From contig BTWA01000007.1 in the NCBI GenBank assembly GCA_045863295.1, positions 151,709-215,708 of the forward strand: a DNA stretch of 64,000 bases, in the 5' to 3' direction. Source of the stretch: Candidatus Hydrogenedentota bacterium. GTDB taxonomy: Bacteria; Hydrogenedentota; Hydrogenedentia; Hydrogenedentales; SLHB01. Of the stretch, positions 30,429 through 38,755 are shown piece after piece. Each line of letters opens with the position of its first letter. Within the stretch, counting starts at the first letter, position 1. The notes below the pieces were generated by a model. It searched no databases and was not told the origin of the DNA. It saw nothing but the letters and a program-made list of their open reading frames with translations. The position numbers and the translations under genes are program-made.

Positions 30429-31364
30429 ATGAAGGGGGCTAAATCTGACGCACTTGAAATCCGATCCATGGCGCACCTTGCACTTTGCTTAGGCATAAGC
30501 CCGGCAGCGCTGCATGATCTGCTCGCTAATCCTGACAGCTTGTATAGAACATGGTCACAGACGAAGAAAGGTAAGAAACGGGACTATTGTGAGCCGTTGG
30601 AGCCCTTGAAAACTGCACTGAGGAGTCTCAATGCGAGACTTCAAAAAGTAAAGCTCCCGCCATATTTCTATGGTGGAATTCGTGGCCGGTCGAATATTGA
30701 CAATGCTAAGGCGCATGGCCCGAATCGCACACTTCTTAAGGCTGATATAAAGGATTTCTTTCCGAGTATAGATCGCCAAAGGGTACAAGTGATGTTCGAG
30801 AAAAAGTTGCGCTGTTCAGGTGAAGTTGCAAGAGCGATTTCTATTCTCTGTACCCATGAAGACCGGCTTCCCCAAGGGGCGCCAACGAGTACGATGATTG
30901 CGAATTTGGTAGTCGAGCACCTTGCTTTTAGACTGCATCGTCTTGCTCAATTCCATGGGGCCACCTTTACACAATTTGTTGACGATATCTCCATTTCGGG
31001 ACCAAGCCATCTTATTCAACTTGAAGACCTCGTCGCTCGTATAATCGAAGAGGAGGGATTCACTTGCCATCCTCAGAAGCTCTGTACTTTAGGGAAATCC
31101 TCTGAGCAAGTGATCACGGGGGTAAGAGTGGATCATGGTTTAGATGTACCTCTGGAAAAACTATCAGATGTAAGGTCAGAAATAGAAGAGCTAGCACATC
31201 TCAATTCTTCGGACGATGAACTGTACAGAAAGTCGATTCGGTCCATTGTGGGCAGAATCGCATACATTGGAAGTCTGAATAAGGGTTTGGGAAAACAACT
31301 TTCGTGTCGATTAAACGAAGTACTTGGAGACGCTGGTTTATCTGGACAAGTCAATCGAGCTTAG
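30429..31364 (+). CDS. Retron-type reverse transcriptase
   Basis: NAKAH (region X NAxxH), ADIKDFFPSI, LPQGAPTS, FVDDISISG, QVITGVRV (region Y VTG-like). 311 aa with no maturase or endonuclease domain. Confidence 0.92.
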   Translation: MKGAKSDALEIRSMAHLALCLGISPAALHDLLANPDSLYRTWSQTKKGKKRDYCEPLEPLKTALRSLNARLQKVKLPPYFYGGIRGRSNIDNAKAHGPNRTLLKADIKDFFPSIDRQRVQVMFEKKLRCSGEVARAISILCTHEDRLPQGAPTSTMIANLVVEHLAFRLHRLAQFHGATFTQFVDDISISGPSHLIQLEDLVARIIEEEGFTCHPQKLCTLGKSSEQVITGVRVDHGLDVPLEKLSDVRSEIEELAHLNSSDDELYRKSIRSIVGRIAYIGSLNKGLGKQLSCRLNEVLGDAGLSGQVNRA

Positions 31365-31633
31365 CAATTACAAATCAAAATCGAATTGTCATGGCTGCCT
31401 TCTACATTCCATTGGTGTAACGATAGCCGCACTCCACGAGAGCACTTTCGAGATTTAAAGTCCTTTACGGTAGATACAATTGTTCTAGTTGCTTCAACCA
31501 ATGCGGGCAATACTTGCATAGGCGATATATCCACGATCAGTCTACCAGTCGAAAAGTGTACAATCTCGTTCCCAAATAACATACCATAGTGCCCGAAGCA
31601 TTCGGCATTCTGTGCAACCTTGGACTAATGTAG

Positions 31634-32836
31634 ATGCAAGTAGAAATAATAATGATAGGAACCGAGCTTCTTCTCGGCCAGATCGTAGATACCAACGCTT
31701 CTATGATGGGTCGGCATCTTGCTGATAACGGCATTCCTATCTATCTGAAGACTACGGTTGGAGACAACAAAAACCGCATCGTAAAAGTACTGGAATCGGC
31801 GTTAAGCCGCGCCGACGTGGTGCTCACGTCCGGCGGCCTTGGCCCTACGGAAGACGACCTCACACGAGAAGCCGTGGCGGAGGTCTTTGGGGTACCGCTC
31901 GAATACCACGAGCATCTTTACGACGAATTAGTCCGGCGCTTTTCAAAGCTGTCCCGCAACATCACTCCCAACAATAAGAAGCAGGCATATGCGCCGCAGG
32001 GTGCCACAATCTTGCCCAATCCGAACGGAACCGCGCCGGGGTTTCGGTGCGGCGATTCCCGCGGTGAAATCGTCTGTATGCCCGGGGTGCCCTTCGAATT
32101 GGAACCGATGCTGTGCGACCAGGTAATTCCGCACATCTGCAATACTTTTGGCGTAAAAGGGCTGATGCACTCGAGGGTACTGAAAGTGTGCGGCGTCGGC
32201 GAATCCAGAGTGGATGCGGCCATGGGCGACCTCATGGCCACACTGGAGAACCCCACAATTGGGGTTCTGGCCAGCCCGGAATGGGTTCGTATCCGCATCA
32301 CGGCGCGGGCCGAAACAGTCGAGGAGGCGGAAGCCCGGATTGCTCCCGTGGAAGCGGCTGTAAGGGAACGTCTACCCGGGCTCATTATGGGGACCGGAGA
32401 TGATACTTTGGAGGCCGTAGTAGAATCGCTCCTTGTTGAAAAAGGCTGGACCATAGCCACGGCAGAAACCATGACGTCCGGCATGATCGCCCAGCGATTG
32501 ACCGCAGCCGGCTCCAGGCAATTCCTGGGAGGTGAGAACCTTCCCATGGCGGCGTTCAAGGGCCGCGCAACCTCTGAGCAAGCCTTGCAGTGGGCGTGTC
32601 AGACGCGTGACCGCTTTGGCGCGGCCTGTGCGCTCGCCGTACTGGCCAACCCTGAAGATCGGCGTTTGCTTGTCGCATGGGTGTGTCCAGAGGGGCAAAC
32701 CCTTATGGAGGCAGGGTTTGGGCGCATTACGCCAGTATTTCAGCTGCGTGCATGCACCCATGCGCTGGAACATGTTCGTAGGTCCATTCTGGGAGTAGTG
32801 GATCCGTTTGCGGAGCCTACCTCCAAGAACATTTAA
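31634..32836 (+). CDS. cinA: CinA-family competence/damage-inducible protein (MoCF-binding domain + degenerate PncC domain)
   Basis: IGTELLLGQIVDTNA, VGDN, GGLGPTEDDLT, GTAPG, MPGVPFE, GVGES. Confidence 0.9.
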   Translation: MQVEIIMIGTELLLGQIVDTNASMMGRHLADNGIPIYLKTTVGDNKNRIVKVLESALSRADVVLTSGGLGPTEDDLTREAVAEVFGVPLEYHEHLYDELVRRFSKLSRNITPNNKKQAYAPQGATILPNPNGTAPGFRCGDSRGEIVCMPGVPFELEPMLCDQVIPHICNTFGVKGLMHSRVLKVCGVGESRVDAAMGDLMATLENPTIGVLASPEWVRIRITARAETVEEAEARIAPVEAAVRERLPGLIMGTGDDTLEAVVESLLVEKGWTIATAETMTSGMIAQRLTAAGSRQFLGGENLPMAAFKGRATSEQALQWACQTRDRFGAACALAVLANPEDRRLLVAWVCPEGQTLMEAGFGRITPVFQLRACTHALEHVRRSILGVVDPFAEPTSKNI

Positions 32837-32862
32837 CCGGCCTGCGGGTCCCAAGGAAACAT

Positions 32863-32891
32863 TTGACAGGTTTAGGACCGTGTGCTAGACT
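32863..32891 (+). promoter_or_regulatory. sigma70 promoter (TTGACA-N17-TAGACT, extended TG)
   Basis: Near-consensus hexamers about 50 nt upstream of the 32944 start. Confidence 0.65.
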
Positions 32892-32943
32892 GCTTTCGTT
32901 CCCGCAACATCTGTGGTGGTAAGCGGTTAGCCCCAGGGAGGAT

Positions 32944-33327
32944 ATGCCAGTGTTGAAAAAGTGCAAGGCTCTCGTGGCCATCCTGTTGATCGCGGTGGTC
33001 GCATTGGCATCAATGCCGCTGGGCGCCCAGTCCACTTACGATCCCGACGACATGATTACCCCGCCCACGGGCTTCGAGAAATCGCTGACCAAACTCGGTC
33101 GCGGCTTCTCGAACATCCTCCTTGGCTGGGCGGAGATTCCCGTAACCTTCGACAAAAAGCTCAAGGAAGGTAAGCCTCTCGGTTATTTGGTTGGCGTTGT
33201 GCCCGTGTTGGGCACGGCCCGCGCGGTGATGCGCACGGCCACTGGCGTCTTTGAAGTCACCACCTTCGTATGGTCGGATAAAGAAGTCAATTACGACGCC
33301 ATCCTTGAGCCGGAATACATTTTCTAA
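32944..33327 (+). CDS. Exosortase system-associated protein-like (TIGR04073-like) small exported/membrane protein
   Basis: KLGRGFSNILLGWAEIP...GVFEVTTF...ILEPEYIF pattern; signal peptide. Confidence 0.7.
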   Translation: MPVLKKCKALVAILLIAVVALASMPLGAQSTYDPDDMITPPTGFEKSLTKLGRGFSNILLGWAEIPVTFDKKLKEGKPLGYLVGVVPVLGTARAVMRTATGVFEVTTFVWSDKEVNYDAILEPEYIF

Positions 33328-33341
33328 TTGCCTTGGAGACC

Positions 33342-33605
33342 ATGGTCTGGAAACGGCAGGGCGCGGCGGTCACGACTGCTGTGATTTTGAAGAACGGCGC
33401 CAAGGGCCGTGTCGTGCTGGTTGCCGGCAAAGAGAATCCCAAGGGCGCCGTAATGCTCATGTCTGGCGGGGAACAGGGGGCGGTAGTCACGACAACCCTG
33501 ACCAGTCACTATCGAGACTTGACCCAAGAACAACTGGTCGCGATTCTCTGCATGCAAGAAAGGGTGTTCGGCCAATCCGGCCTGACGGCACCTGAACTTC
33601 CGTGA
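33342..33605 (+). CDS. Hypothetical protein
   Basis: SD GGAG; fills the operon gap and overlaps the next start (GTGA). Confidence 0.55.
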   Translation: MVWKRQGAAVTTAVILKNGAKGRVVLVAGKENPKGAVMLMSGGEQGAVVTTTLTSHYRDLTQEQLVAILCMQERVFGQSGLTAPELP

Positions 33606-34453
33606 CCCACCGCTACACCATTGACAGTCTCCTCGAAGAGATCGTAACGCTTCCGAGCTTGCCCGACTCGGTCTTTCGCATTACGGAAATGGTCAACAGC
33701 CCCGATCCCAATATGCACGATATAGGGAAAGCCATTTCCGCTGACCCGGCGCTTGCGCTCAAGACTTTACGACTGGTCAATTCGGCCTATTACGGACTCG
33801 CCAACAAAGTCACCTCCGTCGAGCATGCTGTAACCCTGCTGGGGCTGCGCGTACTCAAGAACCTGGTGTTTACAGCCACGGTATTTGAGACGTTTAAAAC
33901 CAGCACTGCAGACTTGCTGCGCCACAGCGTGGCCTGTGCCGTCGCCATGCGTACCATTGCTGAGGCCCGCATCAACACCATGGAATTTGATCCCGAAGAA
34001 GCATTCATCTTTGGACTGTTGCACGATATCGGCAAGATCATCTTTCAACAATTTCTTCCCGAGGACTTTGAGAGCGCGGTGCATGCCAGTCACGTCCGAG
34101 GAATTCCCCTGTTTATTGCGGAACAGGACGTGATAGGCGTCGACCATGCCGAACTGGGTGCCTGCCTCGCCGAAAAGTGGGGCTTGCCGCCCGCCCTGGT
34201 TCAAGCCGTGGCGTCACACCACGACCTGTCCAATTGTTCCGATGTTGCCTTGAGACCCTTAGCTGCGACTTTGGCCGTGGCGGACTACTTCTGCATTGCG
34301 GCGGGCATACCCGCCGACAAGCGCTCCGTACTGCATTGTGCGGACGGTGCGTTTGGTGCCGCCAAGATTTCCAACGATCAGATCCCCGATTTGTTAAATC
34401 GATTCTTTAGAGCGCACGGATCCATCGACGAATATATACAAGTGGCGGCGTGA
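33602..34453 (+). CDS. HDOD domain protein
   Basis: LPSLP, DPALALKTLRLVNSAYYG, GLLHDIGK, GVDHAELG...WGLP. Confidence 0.9.
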   Translation: MTHRYTIDSLLEEIVTLPSLPDSVFRITEMVNSPDPNMHDIGKAISADPALALKTLRLVNSAYYGLANKVTSVEHAVTLLGLRVLKNLVFTATVFETFKTSTADLLRHSVACAVAMRTIAEARINTMEFDPEEAFIFGLLHDIGKIIFQQFLPEDFESAVHASHVRGIPLFIAEQDVIGVDHAELGACLAEKWGLPPALVQAVASHHDLSNCSDVALRPLAATLAVADYFCIAAGIPADKRSVLHCADGAFGAAKISNDQIPDLLNRFFRAHGSIDEYIQVAA

Positions 34454-34562
34454 TCCGCATTGGCATGACCGCGAAAAGGTGTGGCATGTGGTGTCGGCGC
34501 CGGTCTAATGTCGGCCATTCACGTGTTCTCATGCGGTTTATTCGGCCAAGGAACACTGCTCG

Positions 34563-35648
34563 ATGCGATTGATGGAATTGACATGTACCGGATTTCGCTG
34601 CCTGCGCCACTTGAGTTGGTCGCCGTTGCCCGGCTTGAATGTGATACGTGGTCTCAACGCGCAAGGTAAGACCACTATCCTTGAAGCGCTTCTCTTCGCA
34701 GCCACTTCGAAGAGCCACCGCACCAATACCGAAAGCGACTTGCTTCGGGAAGGTGATGATCGCTTTTACATCAAGGCCGCCGTCGAAAGATTGGACCGAT
34801 CCGTCACCCTGGAAGCCATGTGGCTCGGGGGCGCTAAACGCTTTCGAGTAAACGGAGTGCCACAGGCGCGCATCAGTGATATCTTGGGCAAGATACACCT
34901 CGTGTTTTTTTCGCCGGAAGACGTCGCTTTGGTCCGAGGGGCAGCTGCGGTGCGGCGCACCTTTATGGACATGGAACTCTCGCAATTGTCTCCGGCCTAT
35001 CTTCGCGCATTGCAACAATATCGCCTGGTGATGCGGCATCGAAATCAATTGCTGCGCGCCGATCGCTGGGATGAAAACCAGCTGGACGTTTGGGACGCAC
35101 AATTGGCCGAACATGGAGAACGCCTGATGCGCGACCGGTCCCAGTTTGTCCAGGAACTCAGCGTGTTTGCCTCCCGGTCATACCAGTTGCTGTCCGGAGC
35201 GGAAGACATGTCGATGATTTACAAACCATGCGTTAGACAGCCCGGCAGCCTTGCCTCGGTACTCGCCGGGTGCCGCGCCAATGACATCAAACAAAAAGTG
35301 ACTACTCAGGGACCCCATCGAGACGATATCGATCTGTTTATCGCCGGCAGGAACGCGAGGCACTTTGCGTCGCAAGGACAACAGCGTACGGCGGCGCTCG
35401 CTATTAAGCTGGCGGAAGTCGATTTGGTGCACCAGCGTATTGGCGAATTTCCCATTCTCATGCTTGACGACGTGCTGGGCGAGCTTGACGTGAACCGCTC
35501 TAACCGGTTGGTGCAAGCCCTTGACCGTGGTATTCAATGCTTGCTCACCACAACCAACCTCACAGACTCCGCTCGCATATTTGGCAGCCGTTGCGGCGAA
35601 TTTGAAGTCTCCGCTGGCGAGTTTGTCCGGCATGGCGGTGAGAAATAG
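34563..35648 (+). CDS. recF: DNA replication/repair protein RecF
   Basis: GLNAQGKTTILEA, KSHR, FSPED, GPHRDD, ASQGQQR, LMLDDVLGELD. Confidence 0.95.
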   Translation: MRLMELTCTGFRCLRHLSWSPLPGLNVIRGLNAQGKTTILEALLFAATSKSHRTNTESDLLREGDDRFYIKAAVERLDRSVTLEAMWLGGAKRFRVNGVPQARISDILGKIHLVFFSPEDVALVRGAAAVRRTFMDMELSQLSPAYLRALQQYRLVMRHRNQLLRADRWDENQLDVWDAQLAEHGERLMRDRSQFVQELSVFASRSYQLLSGAEDMSMIYKPCVRQPGSLASVLAGCRANDIKQKVTTQGPHRDDIDLFIAGRNARHFASQGQQRTAALAIKLAEVDLVHQRIGEFPILMLDDVLGELDVNRSNRLVQALDRGIQCLLTTTNLTDSARIFGSRCGEFEVSAGEFVRHGGEK

Positions 35649-35677
35649 GTCAATCTGCCAATTGTTGGCAGAAAGCC

Positions 35678-37348
35678 CTACTTGCTGGTGGGCTTACCTC
35701 GATACGGCGGGGGCTTCAGCGGAACGAGACCTCGTTCAGTGATTACACTCAGATTCTCCAGAATATAGCTTCGTTCTTCATTGATTCGAAACAGCGTAAT
35801 CGGTTTACGTCCATCGAATACCTGCACATCAAATGGGATGTTTCTACCCGCAAGTTCCACCTTCAATCGTTCGGGATCCAACGGCGGCTGTTGAATGACC
35901 GGAACCCACACCGTTACCCCCAGTGAGGCCATAACCATCGCTTGTTCGGCAAATCCTATACCGACTCCTTCTATCGGCAAATTCGGATGGTAGTGTTGTG
36001 AAGCCAGTGTAAATTCACCGCCGTACCATTCGGGTATGCGAACCAGATCGCCCTGAACGTATTTCGACTGAATGAAATCGGTTACGCTTTTCCAGTCGGG
36101 ACGTATAGGACGCCGAAGGTCAGACAAGACATATGCCGATGAAATCAGAATGGCGATTATTGCGCCCAGTCGTGGCAAACTGCGGTCAAACGACACAATG
36201 GATACTGCTCCGAGAAGAAATAGGGCATAGGAACTGTGCAGCACGTACCGTTCTACATAGCAAGGACGAACAGCATGCGAGAGCGCATACAAAACCAGCG
36301 TTGGCAGTACGAACCAAAGTACAAGAAAGCCCACGGCGGGTACGGTAATCCCTTGGTCCGGGTTCGAGCCCGCGGACGGCACGCCCTTTCCACGAATGGT
36401 GGACCATGGCTTGCACTTGGGCCGCATCGCATACATGAGCATGAGGTGCAGCAAGAGCAGTGCAAATACCGATCCGACTATCATTCCGCCATTGTATTTC
36501 AGATGGGGGGTCTCTTCGTTGCCAAACAGCAGTGCGCCGGAGTGTACATAGAGATACGATTCCAACAAGACCTGCCAAGTCGGCAAGGGTATCCAACTAA
36601 GCATGATATCCATCTTTGAAGTCGAGAAGCCCTTTACCCACCAGGCAAAAGGGAGGAGCACAGGGAGATGCCCCAAAGCCAGCAAGTACAACAACCGGTG
36701 ACGGATTCCAAGGCGGCTCAACAAGACTATTCCTTGTACCAGCATGAGCGTGCAGCCAAAGAAATGTGTGGCTAACATGGCGGCATTGGCGGCTATCCAG
36801 ACTGGCCACAGCCAGGTCTTGTTCCGGTACAGCGCGAGAAAGAAAACATAGGAGGACATTATCGCCAGGAAATAGTACAACGAGTACATCCGGATGTCCT
36901 GGCTATGCCATATGTGGTGCTTTGAGAAGGACAACATGATCAAGGCTGTCAGTCCGCAGAAGTGGCCGCCCAATGACCGGCCGAACGCGTACAGCACTCC
37001 CATGGAACCCGCCGCCGTTAGGACTGAAAACCAACGCAGCAGTAAGATCGAATCTCCGCCCCATTTGGCAATGAAATACTCGAATAACAGGTATAGTGGC
37101 ATCATCGCCGGATCGTATGTTCGTTCCGCCGCGAAGAACTCGGAGAGTGTTGCGCTGTCCAAGGCTGAAACACTTACGGCCTCGTCAAACCAAAGCGATT
37201 CTTTGTCGAGGTTGTATGCGCGCAACCCGAATCCGGCCGCAAAGACGATGATAAAAGAAAGTATTTGGACAGCCTGCCCGCGAGCCCACTTTCCATTTGT
37301 CGCGCAGCCGCGATCCGCGGCTGTCCCCTGTTCAGACACCGACCCCAT
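35678..37348 (-). CDS. GT39/ArnT-like membrane glycosyltransferase
   Basis: LRAYNL--ESLWFDE, PLY, LLRWFS, SQDIRMYS, ERY; multiple TM helices. Confidence 0.8.
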   Translation of the reverse strand: MGSVSEQGTAADRGCATNGKWARGQAVQILSFIIVFAAGFGLRAYNLDKESLWFDEAVSVSALDSATLSEFFAAERTYDPAMMPLYLLFEYFIAKWGGDSILLLRWFSVLTAAGSMGVLYAFGRSLGGHFCGLTALIMLSFSKHHIWHSQDIRMYSLYYFLAIMSSYVFFLALYRNKTWLWPVWIAANAAMLATHFFGCTLMLVQGIVLLSRLGIRHRLLYLLALGHLPVLLPFAWWVKGFSTSKMDIMLSWIPLPTWQVLLESYLYVHSGALLFGNEETPHLKYNGGMIVGSVFALLLLHLMLMYAMRPKCKPWSTIRGKGVPSAGSNPDQGITVPAVGFLVLWFVLPTLVLYALSHAVRPCYVERYVLHSSYALFLLGAVSIVSFDRSLPRLGAIIAILISSAYVLSDLRRPIRPDWKSVTDFIQSKYVQGDLVRIPEWYGGEFTLASQHYHPNLPIEGVGIGFAEQAMVMASLGVTVWVPVIQQPPLDPERLKVELAGRNIPFDVQVFDGRKPITLFRINEERSYILENLSVITERGLVPLKPPPYRGKPTSK

Positions 37349-37568
37349 GTGTGAATTCCCCCAACAACTCACACGACGCAAACCCGATAAAGTACTAATC
37401 CCTGCACAAACTGCAGGCACCACAATCACTTGGTAACACCGCTATCTACAGTCTCCGATACGGGCAAGCATTTCCAATCGGAAATCGAGTATGTCTAACT
37501 CCAGCGCCACACACCACAGGCATGCGCTGAAACCAACATACCGTGCCAGGCCAGAAACAAATGTCGAG

Positions 37569-38621
37569 TCAGACAACCGGCATCTTTTGAATTGACTCAT
37601 GCATGTAGGCCTTGGCAGAGAAGTCGGCCAGCAACATGCGGTCGCTTTCCGTATACGTCGTGTCGCCGGTAATGATCGCAATGTTGCGATCCATGTCCCC
37701 GGGATATGAAATTCCAATGTTTAGGACACTGACGCGCTCATCGCGCAACACCCAGCGAATCGCCGCTCCGGGAAGCTGTTCCATCGCAGCTACCTCGTAG
37801 TCCGCAACCATATTCTTCGCATTGTGGTTGAAAACCCAGGCGCCCAGGACCTTCATGGCAATGATGCCCATGTTCAATTCATGCGCCTTCGCCAGGCAGT
37901 TTTCACGCCATTCCACCTGCGTCTCCGAGTGGCGGGTGTTATACCCCTTCTTGAAATACCCATACTCAATTAAAACAGAGTCAAAATTCTTTGAATCAAT
38001 GAGTTTGTACATTTGGTCAAACGCATTGTGACCGGTAATTCCGATAAGACGCACGAGGCCCTCCTCGCGCAATTGCGCCATCTCCTCGTACATTGGCATG
38101 CACCCGTCGTATCCCAAACGTTCGATGACCGGTCCATGAATTTGTATCAGGTCAATGCTGCTCATCTGGAGGTCTTGTAGCGAGGCTTCCACGCTTTCAC
38201 GTACCTTACCCGGTTCGAATACCATCGCTTTGGACGCAAGGAATATCTTGTCCTGCACATCCTTAAGCGCCTCGCCCATGAGCTTTTCGCTCTCCTGATA
38301 AATGCGCGCTGTATCGAAATACCGGATGCCCTTCTCGTACGCATCCCGAATCATTTTTACTCGATCGCCATACGAGGGAACGTCTTTCAATCCGTAATAC
38401 CCATACTCCTTCTCCATCAACGCCGAACCGCCATGCCCAAGCACGGGAAACGAATAGCCGGTTTTGCCAAATGGCCTTACCGGAATGGGGCCTTCATATG
38501 AAATCACCTTTCCAGCGGTTGGAGCGGCCGATAGACCTGCCGGCGACAATGCCACGGCACCCGCCGCCACGCCCGCTGTCAGGAATGTCCGCCGTTCCAT
38601 AGTCTGTTTCCCGGTCTTCAT
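37569..38621 (-). CDS. Aldo/keto reductase with Tat signal
   Basis: RRTFL; GIRYFDTARIY, LASK, IDLIQIH, IGITGH, GIIAMKVLG. Confidence 0.88.
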   Translation of the reverse strand: MKTGKQTMERRTFLTAGVAAGAVALSPAGLSAAPTAGKVISYEGPIPVRPFGKTGYSFPVLGHGGSALMEKEYGYYGLKDVPSYGDRVKMIRDAYEKGIRYFDTARIYQESEKLMGEALKDVQDKIFLASKAMVFEPGKVRESVEASLQDLQMSSIDLIQIHGPVIERLGYDGCMPMYEEMAQLREEGLVRLIGITGHNAFDQMYKLIDSKNFDSVLIEYGYFKKGYNTRHSETQVEWRENCLAKAHELNMGIIAMKVLGAWVFNHNAKNMVADYEVAAMEQLPGAAIRWVLRDERVSVLNIGISYPGDMDRNIAIITGDTTYTESDRMLLADFSAKAYMHESIQKMPVV

Positions 38622-38755
38622 GGTTTGCCTCCAGATTGGGGATTTCATGCGCCAACGCAGGTCCTAGAATCGCAAGTTCAGGCCGACGGTTCAACCTTGA
38701 AGGTAAGGCTGGCAAAACACATACAAGGAAATCTCGGCGACAATGGATAACGTCG

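Noticed and set aside
30429..31364. RT as group II intron, DGR or CRISPR-associated RT
   Set aside because: No maturase or endonuclease domain, no TR/VR repeat pair or avd gene, no cas genes or array. NAxxH and VTG-like motifs indicate a retron.
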